DNA from: Candidatus Marinacidobacterium sp.
Lineage (GTDB): Bacteria > Acidobacteriota > Vicinamibacteria > Marinacidobacterales > Marinacidobacteraceae
Direction of reading: 5' to 3'
NCBI GenBank assembly: GCA_965220965.1
Contig: OZ244852.1
Span: 2,368,001-2,432,000, forward strand
Length of the DNA: 64,000 nucleotides
Shown: positions 19,143-32,885 of the stretch, one piece after another
Position numbering within the stretch: the stretch's first letter is position 1
Layout of the letters: each line of letters opens with the position of its first letter
The notes under the pieces: generated by a model
What the model was told of the DNA's origin: nothing
Seen by the model: the letters and a program-made list of their open reading frames with translations, nothing else
Databases searched by the model: none
Program-made: the position numbers and the translations under genes

Positions 19143-19882
19143 CCGGGGCCGGCGCCGGGAACCGGCGGGGGCGACTCGCCCGCGTCCACGGACTCGATCG
19201 CCGCCACCACCCAGCGGGACGCGATCGCGTTCCCGAACTGGTTCGTCAGGTCGTAGCGGATCAGGACGAACCGGTAGTCCTGCTCCCCGTTCACCCGGAC
19301 GCGCAGCTCCTTCTCGGTGACGGTTCCTTCGAGATAGTCCACCGGAGCGTCCCGCAGCAGGCTGCGCCGGGCGCGGCGGCGCTCCTCCTCGAGAGCCATC
19401 TGGACCTCGGCGAGCGCCCGCCGCACCTCGGTCCGATCACCCTGATGCGTTTCCCACTCCTCCTCGATCGCCGCGAGCCGTCCTCCCAGAGACCCCTCGG
19501 GCCGAACCTCGCGGCGTTCGGCGATCGCCCGGATGGAGGCCTGGTTCGCGGAGCGGAAGCTGGAGAAGACCTGGAACTGTTCGTCCCGCAGGCGGGTCGC
19601 CTCGCGCTCTTCGTCGAGGAGCTGCGGGACCCGGTAGGGGCCGCTGGTGGGCTCCGAGACCTCGAGGAGTTCCCAGGAAGCGGGCGGGTCTCCCGGGAAG
19701 GAGACCATCGAGAGGCCGGCGAAGGTGTTCCGGTCCTCCTGCCCGAGCGCCCGGAAGAACTGCTCCAGGAGGGTCTGCTCCGGCGACCCGGAGCAGGCGA
19801 ACGAAACGAGCGCGAGCGTCGCCAGGACGGGACGAAGCGTCGCCCGCGCGACCGGCTGGCCCGATCGGCGCCCACCCGTCAC
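19139..19882 (-). CDS. Hypothetical lipoprotein with central coiled coil
   Basis: GTG overlaps the gyrA stop and its own stop overlaps the pyrE start; signal peptide ending SFA-C; charged helical middle. Confidence 0.7.
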   Translation of the reverse strand: MTGGRRSGQPVARATLRPVLATLALVSFACSGSPEQTLLEQFFRALGQEDRNTFAGLSMVSFPGDPPASWELLEVSEPTSGPYRVPQLLDEEREATRLRDEQFQVFSSFRSANQASIRAIAERREVRPEGSLGGRLAAIEEEWETHQGDRTEVRRALAEVQMALEEERRRARRSLLRDAPVDYLEGTVTEKELRVRVNGEQDYRFVLIRYDLTNQFGNAIASRWVVAAIESVDAGESPPPVPGAGPG

Positions 19883-22593
19883 GGCGTCGCGTCCCCGGGC
19901 TCCACCGCGCCGTTCCCGGGCGTCCGGGAGCCCTGCCCGTTCTCCTGCGGGTCGCCGCCCGCGGGCTCCGATTCCGGTATCCGGGAGAGGGCCACCACCT
20001 CGTCGTTGTCCCGGACCCGGACCGCCCGGACTCCCTGCGTGATGCGGCCGAGTTCGGGGAACTCGTCCACCCGGGTCCGCACCGCCTTCCCTGCGGCGGT
20101 GATGACGAGCAGGTCCTCGCCGGGCCGGACCCACACCGTGGCCACCTCGGGGCCGTTGCGCTCCGAGGTCTGGATGTTCCGCAGGCCCTGACCTCCCCGG
20201 CCCTGCGGCCGGTAGAGATCCAGCCGGCTCCGCTTGCCGAAGCCGTGGCGGGTCACCGTCAGAAGCGAGCCGCGCTCGCCGGAGGCGGCGGCGTCCGCGT
20301 CCACCACGACGAGGCTGACCACCTCGTCACCCGGTCGCAGCGTGATCCCCCGGACCCCGGCGGCGACGCGACCCATCGGCCGGACATCGCTCTCGGGGAA
20401 ACGGATCGCCTTGCCGCCCCGGGTCGTGAGCACGATCTCGCCGGAGCCCCGCGTCAGGACCGCGGCGAGGAGCTCGTCGTCCTCGCGGATGCGAACCGCC
20501 CGCAGCCCGCTCGCGCGCAGGTTCCGGTACTGCTCGAAAGGCGTCCGCTTGACCTGCCCCCGCCGCGTCGCGGTGAGCAGGAAGAGGCCCGAGGAGGTCT
20601 CGCCGGCCTCCACTCCTTCGGGTAGCGGCACCACGGCGACGACTTTCCGTTCGCGGGGCAGGCGAAGCAGGTTCACGATCGCCCGGCCGGTTCCCGCCTT
20701 CCCGGCCTCGGGGAGTTCAAATCCCTTGAGGCGGTAGATGACTCCCTCGTCGGTCAGGAAGAGGATGCTCAGGTGAGTGTTCCCCACAATGAGGTCGCGG
20801 ATGGCGTCGCCCTCGCGGATCCCGGCCCCCAGGTGCCCGGTCCCGCCGCGGGACTGGGCGCGGTATTCGTCGAGGGGCGTCCGCTTGATGTAGCCCGCCT
20901 GCGTCACCGAAACCGCGATGTCCTCGACCGGGATCAGCTCTTCGATCGTGATGTCGGTCGTCCCCTCGGCGATCTCGGTGCGCCGGTCGTTCCCGTACTT
21001 CTTCGCGGCCGCCACCGCCTCTTCGCGCACGATGGCGTCGATCCGGCTCGCGCTGCCCAGGATGTCGGAGAGCTCGAGGATCCGGGCGTCGAGCTGGGCG
21101 ATCTCGGCTTCGATCTTCTCCCGCTCCATCTGGGTGAGCCGCTGCAGACGCATGTCCAGGATGGCCTGCGCCTGCGCTTCCGAGAGCCCGGTGGCCGCCG
21201 TATCGATCGGCCCGTTCCCGGCGCGCGTCATGAGTTCCCGGTCCACCCGATGACGCGGCTGCAGCTCGCGCTGGAGCCGGGCTCGCGCCGTCTTCGGATC
21301 CGGCGAGCTGCGGATCCACCCGATGACCTCGTCGAGCCGGTCGACCGCGGCCGCAAGACCCTCGAGGATGTGGAGCCGCTCCTCGCAGCGCTCGAGTTCG
21401 AAGCGGACCCGCCTTCGCACGACGTCGCGCCGGAAGGCCAGGAAGTCGCGCAGCATCCCGAGCAGCGAGTACCGCTTCGGCCGGCCGCCGGAGATGGCGA
21501 GCAGGTTCACGCCGAAGGAGCTCTGGAGCGCGGTGTGCCGGTAGAGGTTGTTCAGGACGACCTGCGGCTCCTCGCCCCGCTTCAGGTCGATGACGACCCG
21601 CATCCCGCGCCGGTCCGACTCGTCGCGGAGATCCCGGATCCCGGTGATCCGCTTGTCCTTGACCAGGTCGGCGATCTTCTCGATCAGGCGCGCCTTGTTC
21701 ACCTGGTAGGGGATCTCGGACACCACGATCCGGTCCATGCCCTTCGCGGTCGTCTCGAAGTCGCAGACCGCGCGCACCTGGACCACGCCGCGCCCCGTCC
21801 GGTAGGCGGACACGATGCCGCGGCGGCCGTGGATGCGGCCCCCGGTCGGAAAGTCCGGGCCCGGCACGATCTGGAGGAGCTCACGATCCAGCTCCTCGTC
21901 CGGCGCGTTGGCGCGGTCGATGAGATGGACGAGCGCGGCGGTGACTTCCCGGAGGTTGTGGGGCGGAATCTTGGTCGCCATGCCCACCGCGATCCCGTCC
22001 GAGCCGTTCACCAGCAGGTTCGGAATGACGGTGGGAAGAACCTGGGGCTCCAGCGTCTTGCCGTCGAAGTTGGGCGAGAACGGGACGGTCTCCCGGTCGA
22101 TGTCCTCCATCATCGCGGTGGAGAACGGCGTCAGCCGGGCCTCGGTGTAGCGGTAGGCGGCGGCGGGATCGCCGTCGACCGAACCGAAGTTGCCCTTGCC
22201 GTCGATCAGCGGGTGCCGCAGATTGAAGGCCTGGGCCATGCGGACCAGGGTGTCGTAGACCGGGCCATCTCCGTGCGGGTGGTACTTCTTCAGCACCTCG
22301 CCCACGATCCCGGCGCACTTCGACCACGCCCGGGAGGGGAGCAGGCCCTCGCGGAACATCGCGTAGAGCACGCGGCGCTGGCCGGGCTTCAGCCCGTCGC
22401 GGACATCGGGGAGCGCCCGCCCGATGATCACCGACATGGCGTAGTCCAGATAGGACTGCTTCATCTCGGCCTCGATGTGCTCGACGCGCCGGAAGCGCGC
22501 CCGCCCACCGAGCGAGCCGGGGTCGGAGATCCCTCCGTTTCCGGGGGAACCGGGTTCCATCTCGGGGAGGGAGCCCGGGTGCGGGTCAGCCAT
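19879..22593 (-). CDS. gyrA: DNA gyrase subunit A
   Basis: [28 protein letters not shown], catalytic [15 protein letters not shown]-terminal beta-pinwheel repeats and a GyrA-box-like QSRGGTG. Confidence 0.97.
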   Translation of the reverse strand: MADPHPGSLPEMEPGSPGNGGISDPGSLGGRARFRRVEHIEAEMKQSYLDYAMSVIIGRALPDVRDGLKPGQRRVLYAMFREGLLPSRAWSKCAGIVGEVLKKYHPHGDGPVYDTLVRMAQAFNLRHPLIDGKGNFGSVDGDPAAAYRYTEARLTPFSTAMMEDIDRETVPFSPNFDGKTLEPQVLPTVIPNLLVNGSDGIAVGMATKIPPHNLREVTAALVHLIDRANAPDEELDRELLQIVPGPDFPTGGRIHGRRGIVSAYRTGRGVVQVRAVCDFETTAKGMDRIVVSEIPYQVNKARLIEKIADLVKDKRITGIRDLRDESDRRGMRVVIDLKRGEEPQVVLNNLYRHTALQSSFGVNLLAISGGRPKRYSLLGMLRDFLAFRRDVVRRRVRFELERCEERLHILEGLAAAVDRLDEVIGWIRSSPDPKTARARLQRELQPRHRVDRELMTRAGNGPIDTAATGLSEAQAQAILDMRLQRLTQMEREKIEAEIAQLDARILELSDILGSASRIDAIVREEAVAAAKKYGNDRRTEIAEGTTDITIEELIPVEDIAVSVTQAGYIKRTPLDEYRAQSRGGTGHLGAGIREGDAIRDLIVGNTHLSILFLTDEGVIYRLKGFELPEAGKAGTGRAIVNLLRLPRERKVVAVVPLPEGVEAGETSSGLFLLTATRRGQVKRTPFEQYRNLRASGLRAVRIREDDELLAAVLTRGSGEIVLTTRGGKAIRFPESDVRPMGRVAAGVRGITLRPGDEVVSLVVVDADAAASGERGSLLTVTRHGFGKRSRLDLYRPQGRGGQGLRNIQTSERNGPEVATVWVRPGEDLLVITAAGKAVRTRVDEFPELGRITQGVRAVRVRDNDEVVALSRIPESEPAGGDPQENGQGSRTPGNGAVEPGDATP

Positions 22594-22606
22594 GCTCAGG
22601 CCGGAC

Positions 22607-26257
<3,651 letters not shown>

Positions 26258-26661
26258 GGGCGCGCTCTCAAGGAAGCAGGCAGAAGGCGAACGGGAGGTC
26301 GGATTTCAACAACCGGACCGGACCGTTCGAGCGGGATTTCGTTTCCCGGAAGGAAGCGTTCGCAACAGACGCTGGAGTGGCTGGAATTATAGTGTTTTTG
26401 TAGGCCTGTTGAAAGTGCCGAGACACGACATAAGTCGTTCATTTCAGGATAGGAGAAGGGCCATACGGGACTGCCGGGAGTCTGTGGGCCGCCGGACGGC
26501 CGCGTGCCGGGAACGAGGGACCCGAAAGAGGGCGCGCGCCGGGCCCTCTCACTCGACAGGGAATGCGAGGCGTTCCGGCAGGTTTTCGGCGGGCTTTCGA
26601 CAGCGCCGGGGCGCCTGGCGCCCACAGCTCACGCCCTACCGACCCCGCTCGGGCGGGCGGG
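26258..26661. other. Probable replication origin (oriC) in the dnaA-dnaN intergenic region
   Basis: Locally AT-rich. The - strand reads CTTTCAACA-GGCC-TACAAAAACACTATAATT toward dnaN (box, GC tract, unwinding element). Related 9-mers occur at 26303, 26359, 26550 and 26594. Confidence 0.7.
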
Positions 26662-28044
26662 TCAGCGGAACTGCCGAAGAAGGCGCTGGACCAGGCGGTC
26701 GAGGCCGGGATCGCGGTGGCGCTGGTGCTCCACGCGCTGGATCCCGTAGGTGACCGTGGAGTGGTTCCTGCGGAACGAGGCGCCCATCTCCACGAGGGTC
26801 CGCCCGGTGACTTTGCGCGCGACGTACATCGCCACATGGCGCGCCAGGGCGAGTTCGAGGGTCCGGGAGGAACCGATCAGGCGCACTGGCGGAACCCCGA
26901 ACATGGTGGCGACCGCGGCGATCACCTCCTCGACGGTGACGCGGGGCGCCGCCGGAGCGGGAGCTTCCTCGATGACCCGGTCCACGATTCCCATCGTGAC
27001 GGCCTGGCTTCCCTCGGTGCGGGCCAGCGCCAGGACGCGGGAGAGCGCTCCCTCGAGCCCGCGCGGGCTTTTTTCGAGCGCGGATGCGATCTTCTCTGCG
27101 GCGCCGTCGGGAAGCGAAACCTCGCGAGCCTTCGCCCTGCGGCGGAGGATGTCCACCCGGGTCTTCCACTCGGGCGGCCCCATGTCGGTGACCAGACCGC
27201 TCTCCAGCCGGCTGCGGATCCTCGGATCGAGGTTCTCGATGTCGTTGGGATGGGCGTTCGCCGAGATGACCACCGGCCTCCCGCGTTCGACCAGCCCGGT
27301 GAGCGCATGGAAGAACTCCTCCGCGGAACGGCCGAAGCGCGCCAGCCCGGCCACGAACTGAAGATCGTCCACCACGAGCGCGTCGAGCTGTTGGCATGCC
27401 TCGCGGAACGCATAGAGCGCGTTTGTGCGGACCGCGTTCACGACCTGGCGGCCGAAGGACTCGCCGCGCGCATAGAGGACCCGGGGCCGACGGTTCCCCT
27501 CGCGAAGTCGCCAGGTGATGGCCTGGAGAAGGTGGGTCTTTCCGACTCCGACGTCTCCATGGATCAGCAGCGGCGTGAAGGGCGTGCCCGGAGCCCCGGG
27601 ATCGCTCACCGCCAGCGCCGCGGCCCTGGCGCACTGGTTCGCTGCGCCGCTCACGAAGGTCTCGAAGGTGTAGGCCGGCGAGAGGGCGTCGCTGCGGGTT
27701 GCGGCGCCTGCGGGCGCTTCCGCGACTGCGGTGGACCGACCGCCGGAACCCCGGCCGGCGACGACGGAGGGGAGATCAGCCACCAGACAGCGAACCGAGG
27801 CGGCGTGGCTCCCGGCGGCGCGAAGCGCTTCGAGGAGGCGCGCCTCGTAGCGTCCCTCGAGGTGGGTGGCGAAGGTGGAGTTCGGAACGAGGAGCCGAAC
27901 CTCGCTGTCCGCGTCGCCGAGCCAGCGCGCCGGCTCGATCCAGGTGCGGAACTCCCGCTCCGGAACGCGCCGCCGGAGGTCCTTCAGCGCGTCGTCCCAT
28001 AGGGAACTTCGAGAGGTTCGTTGGCTTGCAAGAGTTGGCGTCAA
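26662..28044 (-). CDS. dnaA: Chromosomal replication initiator DnaA
   Basis: FRTWI, YTFETFVSG, GDVGVGKTHL, VDDLQF, RIRSRL, RGLEGAL, and a domain IV signature variant RNHSTV. Confidence 0.95.
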   Translation of the reverse strand: MTPTLASQRTSRSSLWDDALKDLRRRVPEREFRTWIEPARWLGDADSEVRLLVPNSTFATHLEGRYEARLLEALRAAGSHAASVRCLVADLPSVVAGRGSGGRSTAVAEAPAGAATRSDALSPAYTFETFVSGAANQCARAAALAVSDPGAPGTPFTPLLIHGDVGVGKTHLLQAITWRLREGNRRPRVLYARGESFGRQVVNAVRTNALYAFREACQQLDALVVDDLQFVAGLARFGRSAEEFFHALTGLVERGRPVVISANAHPNDIENLDPRIRSRLESGLVTDMGPPEWKTRVDILRRRAKAREVSLPDGAAEKIASALEKSPRGLEGALSRVLALARTEGSQAVTMGIVDRVIEEAPAPAAPRVTVEEVIAAVATMFGVPPVRLIGSSRTLELALARHVAMYVARKVTGRTLVEMGASFRRNHSTVTYGIQRVEHQRHRDPGLDRLVQRLLRQFR

Positions 28045-28496
28045 GGTCTTGATAAAAGGGGCAACAGGTGGGGTCCGCCGAGCGCGGAAGCGCGCGGAGC
28101 GAACGGCGTTTCGGCGCCCCTGGCCGGAAGCCCGGGGAGGGAGCCGGAGATCCAGCCGCGGGCCGCGGGGCGACGCGGCGCACCCTGGCCGGAGACCGCC
28201 TCCCGCCGGCGCCGATCCGGGACTCCTCCTCCCTCGCGAGGAGGGGGCGTTCCCGGAGGAAGCGCGGGAATCTAGTCGCCGTCATCGGTCCGCGCGACCC
28301 GGCGTCCGGGCCGTCGTCCCGGCTGTCACCGTAAGTTCTTACTCCGTCAAAGCATTGCCCGATCCGGGGCCGAAACCGGGTCCTCGGGCGCGTTCCAACG
28401 ATACGCGGCGCGGCGTCGACTCCGGGCGAGTGGAATCGGAGCCGCCGCTAACGGAAAGGAGGGTGGGCAAATCCGGGCCGCGGCGGCGCCCCGTGC

Positions 28497-28526
28497 TTGA
28501 CCGCAAGCGATTCGTACCTGTAGACT
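28497..28526 (+). promoter_or_regulatory. Sigma70-type promoter for the rpmH operon
   Basis: TTGACC, 18 nt, TAGACT, about 100 nt upstream of rpmH. Confidence 0.55.
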
Positions 28527-28623
28527 GGATTGCTTTCCGCTGACCCGGGCGAGGGCGAGACCATCTCGCTGACGGGTTCCGGCGGACCCAACGATTTTTC
28601 ATCGGGTTGGAGTACCAGGTCTC

Positions 28624-28758
28624 GTGAAGCGGACGTTTCAGCCAAACCGGCGACGGAGGAAGCGGAAGCACGGCTTCCGCGCGCGGATGAGCACGCCGGG
28701 CGGGCGTGCGGTGCTGGCGCGGCGGCGCCGGCGTGGGCGTCGGCGTCTGTCGGCCTGA
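28624..28758 (+). CDS. rpmH: 50S ribosomal protein L34
   Basis: Manual translation [44 protein letters not shown]; below the ORF-track size cutoff. Confidence 0.97.
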   Translation: MKRTFQPNRRRRKRKHGFRARMSTPGGRAVLARRRRRGRRRLSA

Positions 28759-29225
28759 AGTCCCCGCCCCGGTCCCGCCCCTCGAAGCCCGGCCCGCCGG
28801 GGTCTTCGCTACGCCGTTCCGGTGGGGTCGGGTTCCGCCCGCCGGATCAGCGGCTGCGGCGCCCGAACCGGGTGCGAAGGCCAGCCGAGTTCCGGAGCGT
28901 GATGGAGCGTGGCGCCCGCGGCGGGGCGCGCTGGGTGGTGGCCCTCTTCCTGCCTGGCGAACCGGGAGGCGGCCGTCTGGGAGTCGTGGCGAGCCGACGG
29001 GTCGGCGGCTCGGTGGCGAGGTCCCGCGCGAAGCGCCGGCTGCGCGAGTTCTATCGACGGTCGGGCTGGCGACCGGCGGGTGACCTGGTGCTGGTGGCGC
29101 GGTCCGGGATCAGCGACGCTCCCTGGGGCGCGCTCCAGCAGGCTTGCAGCCTCGCCATCCGAAGGGCGGTGACGCCCTCTCCCGGTCGGGACCGGCGTCG
29201 CCGGCGCGACCGGCCAGACCCATGA
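28755..29225 (+). CDS. rnpA: Ribonuclease P protein component (start uncertain, 28755-28872)
   Basis: [33 protein letters not shown] (RNR-motif variant), DLVLVAR; syntenic position. Confidence 0.85.
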   Translation: MKSPPRSRPSKPGPPGSSLRRSGGVGFRPPDQRLRRPNRVRRPAEFRSVMERGARGGARWVVALFLPGEPGGGRLGVVASRRVGGSVARSRAKRRLREFYRRSGWRPAGDLVLVARSGISDAPWGALQQACSLAIRRAVTPSPGRDRRRRRDRPDP

Positions 29226-29512
29226 GCAACCCGATGCCGCTGAGCCTGCGTCGGCCGATCCGCCTCGGCCCGGGCGTCGCGGTCGTGCTCGTGGGTGGCA
29301 TCCACGTCTACCGGGCGCTGCTCTCGCCCGTCCTTGGCGGGATGTGCCGCTTTACTCCTTCCTGTTCCCACTTCGCCGAGGAGGCGATCCGGCTGCACGG
29401 TCCGTGGCGCGGCGTTGCGCTGGCGGCGCGACGGCTGCTGCGCTGTCGACCCTTTGGCGGTCGTGGTTACGATCCGGTGCCCCGCCGCCCGGAACCACAC
29501 CGGTCGAGCTGA
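29222..29512 (+). CDS. yidD: Membrane protein insertion efficiency factor
   Basis: YRALLSP, CRFTPSCS, RLLRCRPFGGRGYDPVP. Confidence 0.92.
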   Translation: MSNPMPLSLRRPIRLGPGVAVVLVGGIHVYRALLSPVLGGMCRFTPSCSHFAEEAIRLHGPWRGVALAARRLLRCRPFGGRGYDPVPRRPEPHRSS

Positions 29513-29561
29513 AACCAGCCGGGCTCTTGACCGGCTGCGCTGATACCAAGGAATCCAGGTC

Positions 29562-31373
29562 ATGGAACGACGCGTTCTCCTCGCGTTCCTGTTGTCGTTC
29601 ATCGTCTTTCTGCTCTTTGTCCGGTTCTTCAGTCCGGACGTCCCTCCACCGGAGGAAACGGGAGACCTCGCCGCGGTCGAATCCGCCGAGGCGCCTGTCC
29701 AGTCGCCGTCGCTGTTGCCGACCGCCCCCGCCGCCGCTCCTGCGGCGGAAGTTGCGGAAGAGGCCCCCGGACAGACCGTCGAGCCGCGCGCGGCCGAGCA
29801 GGAACAGCGGATCACGGTGGCCACCCGGCTCTTCGAGGCCGAGTTCACGAACCGGGGGGCGCGGCTTCTCGGCCTTCAGCTGAACGAGCACACCGATGGG
29901 GCCGGAGATCCCTACCAGACGGTCCCGCAGGGTGACGAGCTGGTCGAGAGCGTGCGGCCGCTGGATGTGCTACTTCCCGCGGATCCCTCGCCGCTGCGGC
30001 TCCGGAGCGCGCTCTACGAGGTGACCGTCGACGGGCTGGCGCAGACCGGCCCGGTCCGGCTCGACCTCCGCGACGGCGAGTCCCGGGAGATCGCGTTCCA
30101 CCTCGCGACCTCCGACGGTCTCGAGGTCGTCAAGACGCTGCGGATCACCGGCGGCGACTACCGCATGGAGGCGCAGGTTACGGCGCAGCGCGGCGGGGCG
30201 GAGCAGGCCAAGGAGATCCTCTACGGCCCCGGGATCGGCAACGAGACCACCACCGGCACCTACGTGATCGCCGATCAGGGGGTGATCCGGACGGGCGCGG
30301 AGACGCTGCTGTTCTCCCTTGGGGATGTCCGCGAGGGGACGGCGGAGAGTCTCTCGGCGCGCGGCGTCGGAGTGAGCTCCCACTACTTCGCCGGACTGCT
30401 GGTCGCCCGGCCGGGGCAGCGCTACGAGGGGCGGCTGGAGACGCTTCTCCTTCCGTGGGACAGCTTCGCCGCCGTTTCGGAAGAGGCCTCGGGAGGGGAG
30501 CGGGAAGTCATCGTCGCGCGACTCGTCTCGGCGGGACCCGCCGAGTTCACGCTCTTCGCCGGACCGAAGCAGGTGGAAGTCCTGGACGAACTGGGCATGG
30601 ACATCGTGGACTTCGGATTCTGGAGCTTCCTCGCGATTCCCATCCGGGCGGTCCTGATGTGGTCGCACGACTTCCTCGGCAACTACGGCTGGGCGATCGT
30701 GCTCGTGACGCTCCTGATCAGCGTGCTGCTCGCGCCGCTCAAGCACTACAGCTACGTCTCGATCCGGGGCATGCAGAAGATCAGCCCCCAGGTCAAGCGG
30801 ATCCAGGAGAAGTACCGCGGCCTGAAGCCGACGGATCCGCGCCGCGGGGAAATGAACCAGGAGATGGCGGCGCTCTATCGGGAGCACGGCGTGTCGCCCA
30901 TCGGCGGATGCCTGCCGATGCTCCTGATGATCCCGTTCTTCTTCGCCTTCTACCGGCTGCTGGTCGCCTCGGTGGAGCTTCGCCACGCCCCCTGGGTGCT
31001 CTGGATCCAGGACCTGTCGACCGAGGACCCGTACTTCATCCTGCCGGTGATGATGGGCGCCAGCCAGCTCTTCATGCAGCGCATGACGACGACCCAGGCC
31101 GAAGGGATCCAGGCGAAGATCATGCAGTTCCTGCCGGTCGTCTTCGTGCTGATCCTCGCGTGGGCGCCCTCCGGGCTCGTGCTCTACTGGTTCGCCAACA
31201 ACGTGTTCTCGATGGGGCAGCAGATCGTCACCCAGCGGATCATGGACCGGCGGGAGGCGGCGGCGAAGGAGGCCGGGGACCCCGACAAGGCGATCGCGCG
31301 GACCAAGCCGGCGCGCGCCGCGGCATCCGGCGGGGAGGGCGCTCGCAAGGGCGGCCGGCGGCGCCGACGCTGA
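29562..31373 (+). CDS. yidC: Membrane protein insertase
   Basis: N-terminal TM helix, periplasmic domain, GNYGWAI, GGCLPML, ELRHAP, WIQDLS, DPYFILP, PSGLVLYW. Confidence 0.96.
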   Translation: MERRVLLAFLLSFIVFLLFVRFFSPDVPPPEETGDLAAVESAEAPVQSPSLLPTAPAAAPAAEVAEEAPGQTVEPRAAEQEQRITVATRLFEAEFTNRGARLLGLQLNEHTDGAGDPYQTVPQGDELVESVRPLDVLLPADPSPLRLRSALYEVTVDGLAQTGPVRLDLRDGESREIAFHLATSDGLEVVKTLRITGGDYRMEAQVTAQRGGAEQAKEILYGPGIGNETTTGTYVIADQGVIRTGAETLLFSLGDVREGTAESLSARGVGVSSHYFAGLLVARPGQRYEGRLETLLLPWDSFAAVSEEASGGEREVIVARLVSAGPAEFTLFAGPKQVEVLDELGMDIVDFGFWSFLAIPIRAVLMWSHDFLGNYGWAIVLVTLLISVLLAPLKHYSYVSIRGMQKISPQVKRIQEKYRGLKPTDPRRGEMNQEMAALYREHGVSPIGGCLPMLLMIPFFFAFYRLLVASVELRHAPWVLWIQDLSTEDPYFILPVMMGASQLFMQRMTTTQAEGIQAKIMQFLPVVFVLILAWAPSGLVLYWFANNVFSMGQQIVTQRIMDRREAAAKEAGDPDKAIARTKPARAAASGGEGARKGGRRRRR

Positions 31374-32035
31374 GCGGCGACTCCGGCGAGGCCAGCGGCG
31401 ATCCGCTGGGCGCAGCGCTCGCCGCCTCCACCCCGCCGATCCCCCCGGAAGCGGAAGAACCCCTCCGCGAGCTCTTCCGGCTCGTTCGCTCCTGGCGAGG
31501 CCGCGGCATCACCGGATTCCGGACCGAGGAAGCTCTCGCCGGGGGTTACTTCGCCGAGGCGCTCGGTCTCCGGGCGCATCTGCCGGCGGACGGGCCGCGC
31601 CTGGATATCGGAAGCGGGGGCGGAACGCCTGCGCTTCCGCTCGCCGTCGTGGAGCGCGCGGCGGGAACCGGCGGGCCGTGGACCCTGCTCGAGCCGCGGC
31701 GGCAGGCGGCCGCGTTCCTCGGCGTCGCGGTCGAGGCTCTCGGGCTCGATGGGCGGGTGCGGATCGTGCGGGAACGACTCGGCGAGCACCTGAGTCGCCC
31801 GTCGGCTCAGGAACTCCTCGAATCGACCGTCGCGGTCACCCTTCGCGCCGTGCGGCTCAGCCGCCGCGAGTGGCGGGGCCTGGCGGCCGGGCTGTCCGTC
31901 CACGGGCGGGTGGTCTGGCCGACGACCGCCGGAGCGCGCGAGCGCGCGGATTTGCCGAAGGGCGCCTTCGAGGAAGAGGCGCATGACGCGGCCCGCGGCA
32001 TCGTCTGGATCGGTCGAAGGCCGACCGGATCCTGA
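31370..32035 (+). CDS. rsmG: 16S rRNA m7G527 methyltransferase, divergent (start uncertain)
   Basis: LDIGSGGGTPALPLA SAM motif, LLEPRRQAAAFL, TLRAV; located immediately before parA. Confidence 0.8.
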   Translation: MSGDSGEASGDPLGAALAASTPPIPPEAEEPLRELFRLVRSWRGRGITGFRTEEALAGGYFAEALGLRAHLPADGPRLDIGSGGGTPALPLAVVERAAGTGGPWTLLEPRRQAAAFLGVAVEALGLDGRVRIVRERLGEHLSRPSAQELLESTVAVTLRAVRLSRREWRGLAAGLSVHGRVVWPTTAGARERADLPKGAFEEEAHDAARGIVWIGRRPTGS

Positions 32036-32056
32036 AGCGCTCCTCGCGCTCGGGGA

Positions 32057-32072
32057 CGTTTCACGGGAAACA
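32057..32072. promoter_or_regulatory. parS centromere site
   Basis: CGTTTCACGGGAAACA is a 14/16 match to the consensus TGTTTCACGTGAAACA and sits directly upstream of parA. Confidence 0.85.
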
Positions 32073-32108
32073 TCACCCCCCCGGCGGTGGTAGCCTTCGC
32101 CCGGTCTG

Positions 32109-32885
32109 ATGCGGGTCCTGGCGGTCGCCAATCAGAAGGGCGGAGTGGGCAAAACCACGACCGCGGTGAATCTCGCTGTCGCCCTGGCGCAACGGGAGCG
32201 GCGCACGCTCGTGGCGGACCTCGACCCGCAGGGCAACCTGACAGCCAGTCTGGGCCTCGGTCTCGAGGAAGAGGGCTACAGCGTGTACGACGCCCTCGTG
32301 GACAGGGAGCCGCTGACCGCGGTGGCTTGCCCGACGCAGATCCCGCACCTTCTGGCCTGCCCTTCGGACCCGTCCCTTGCCGGAGCGGATCTCGAGCTGG
32401 CCCGGGACCAGCCTGATCCACGCACGCGCGCATCCCGCCTCCGCGGCCTTCTCGAGGACTACCAGCGGGCGGAACCGGAGACGGAATTCGTCGTCCTCGA
32501 CTGCCCGCCGTCGCTGGGCCTGCTCACCGTGAACGCCCTGGTTGCTGCGGATGCGGTGGTGGTCCCGATGCAGTGCGAGTTCTTTGCGCTCCAGGGGCTC
32601 TCCAGCCTGCTGGATACGGTGGAGCGCGTCGCGGGCTCCTGGAACCCTCGTCTCCAGCTCGCCGGCATCCTCTTCAACATGGTGGACCGGCGCACGAACC
32701 TGACCCGGCAGGTCATGGACGAGGTGCGGCAGGCGATGGGGGACCGCGTTTTCGCCTCCGAGATTCCCCGTTCCGTGCGGCTCGCCGAAGCCCCGTCCCA
32801 TGGCGTCCCCCTCCACCTCTACGACCCAGGATCCCGGGCGCTCGCCATCTACGCCGATCTCGCCCGGGAGGTGATGGCCCGGTGA
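32109..32885 (+). CDS. parA: Chromosome partition ATPase ParA/Soj
   Basis: NQKGGVGKTTT, DLDPQGN, DCPPSLG, PMQCEFFAL, IPRSVRLAEAPSHG. Confidence 0.96.
   Translation: MRVLAVANQKGGVGKTTTAVNLAVALAQRERRTLVADLDPQGNLTASLGLGLEEEGYSVYDALVDREPLTAVACPTQIPHLLACPSDPSLAGADLELARDQPDPRTRASRLRGLLEDYQRAEPETEFVVLDCPPSLGLLTVNALVAADAVVVPMQCEFFALQGLSSLLDTVERVAGSWNPRLQLAGILFNMVDRRTNLTRQVMDEVRQAMGDRVFASEIPRSVRLAEAPSHGVPLHLYDPGSRALAIYADLAREVMAR

Noticed and set aside
26345-26358. CCGGAAGGAAGC resembling the SRP RNA domain IV loop
   Set aside because: Lacks the upstream CAGG and downstream AGCAG internal-loop residues and a long closing stem.
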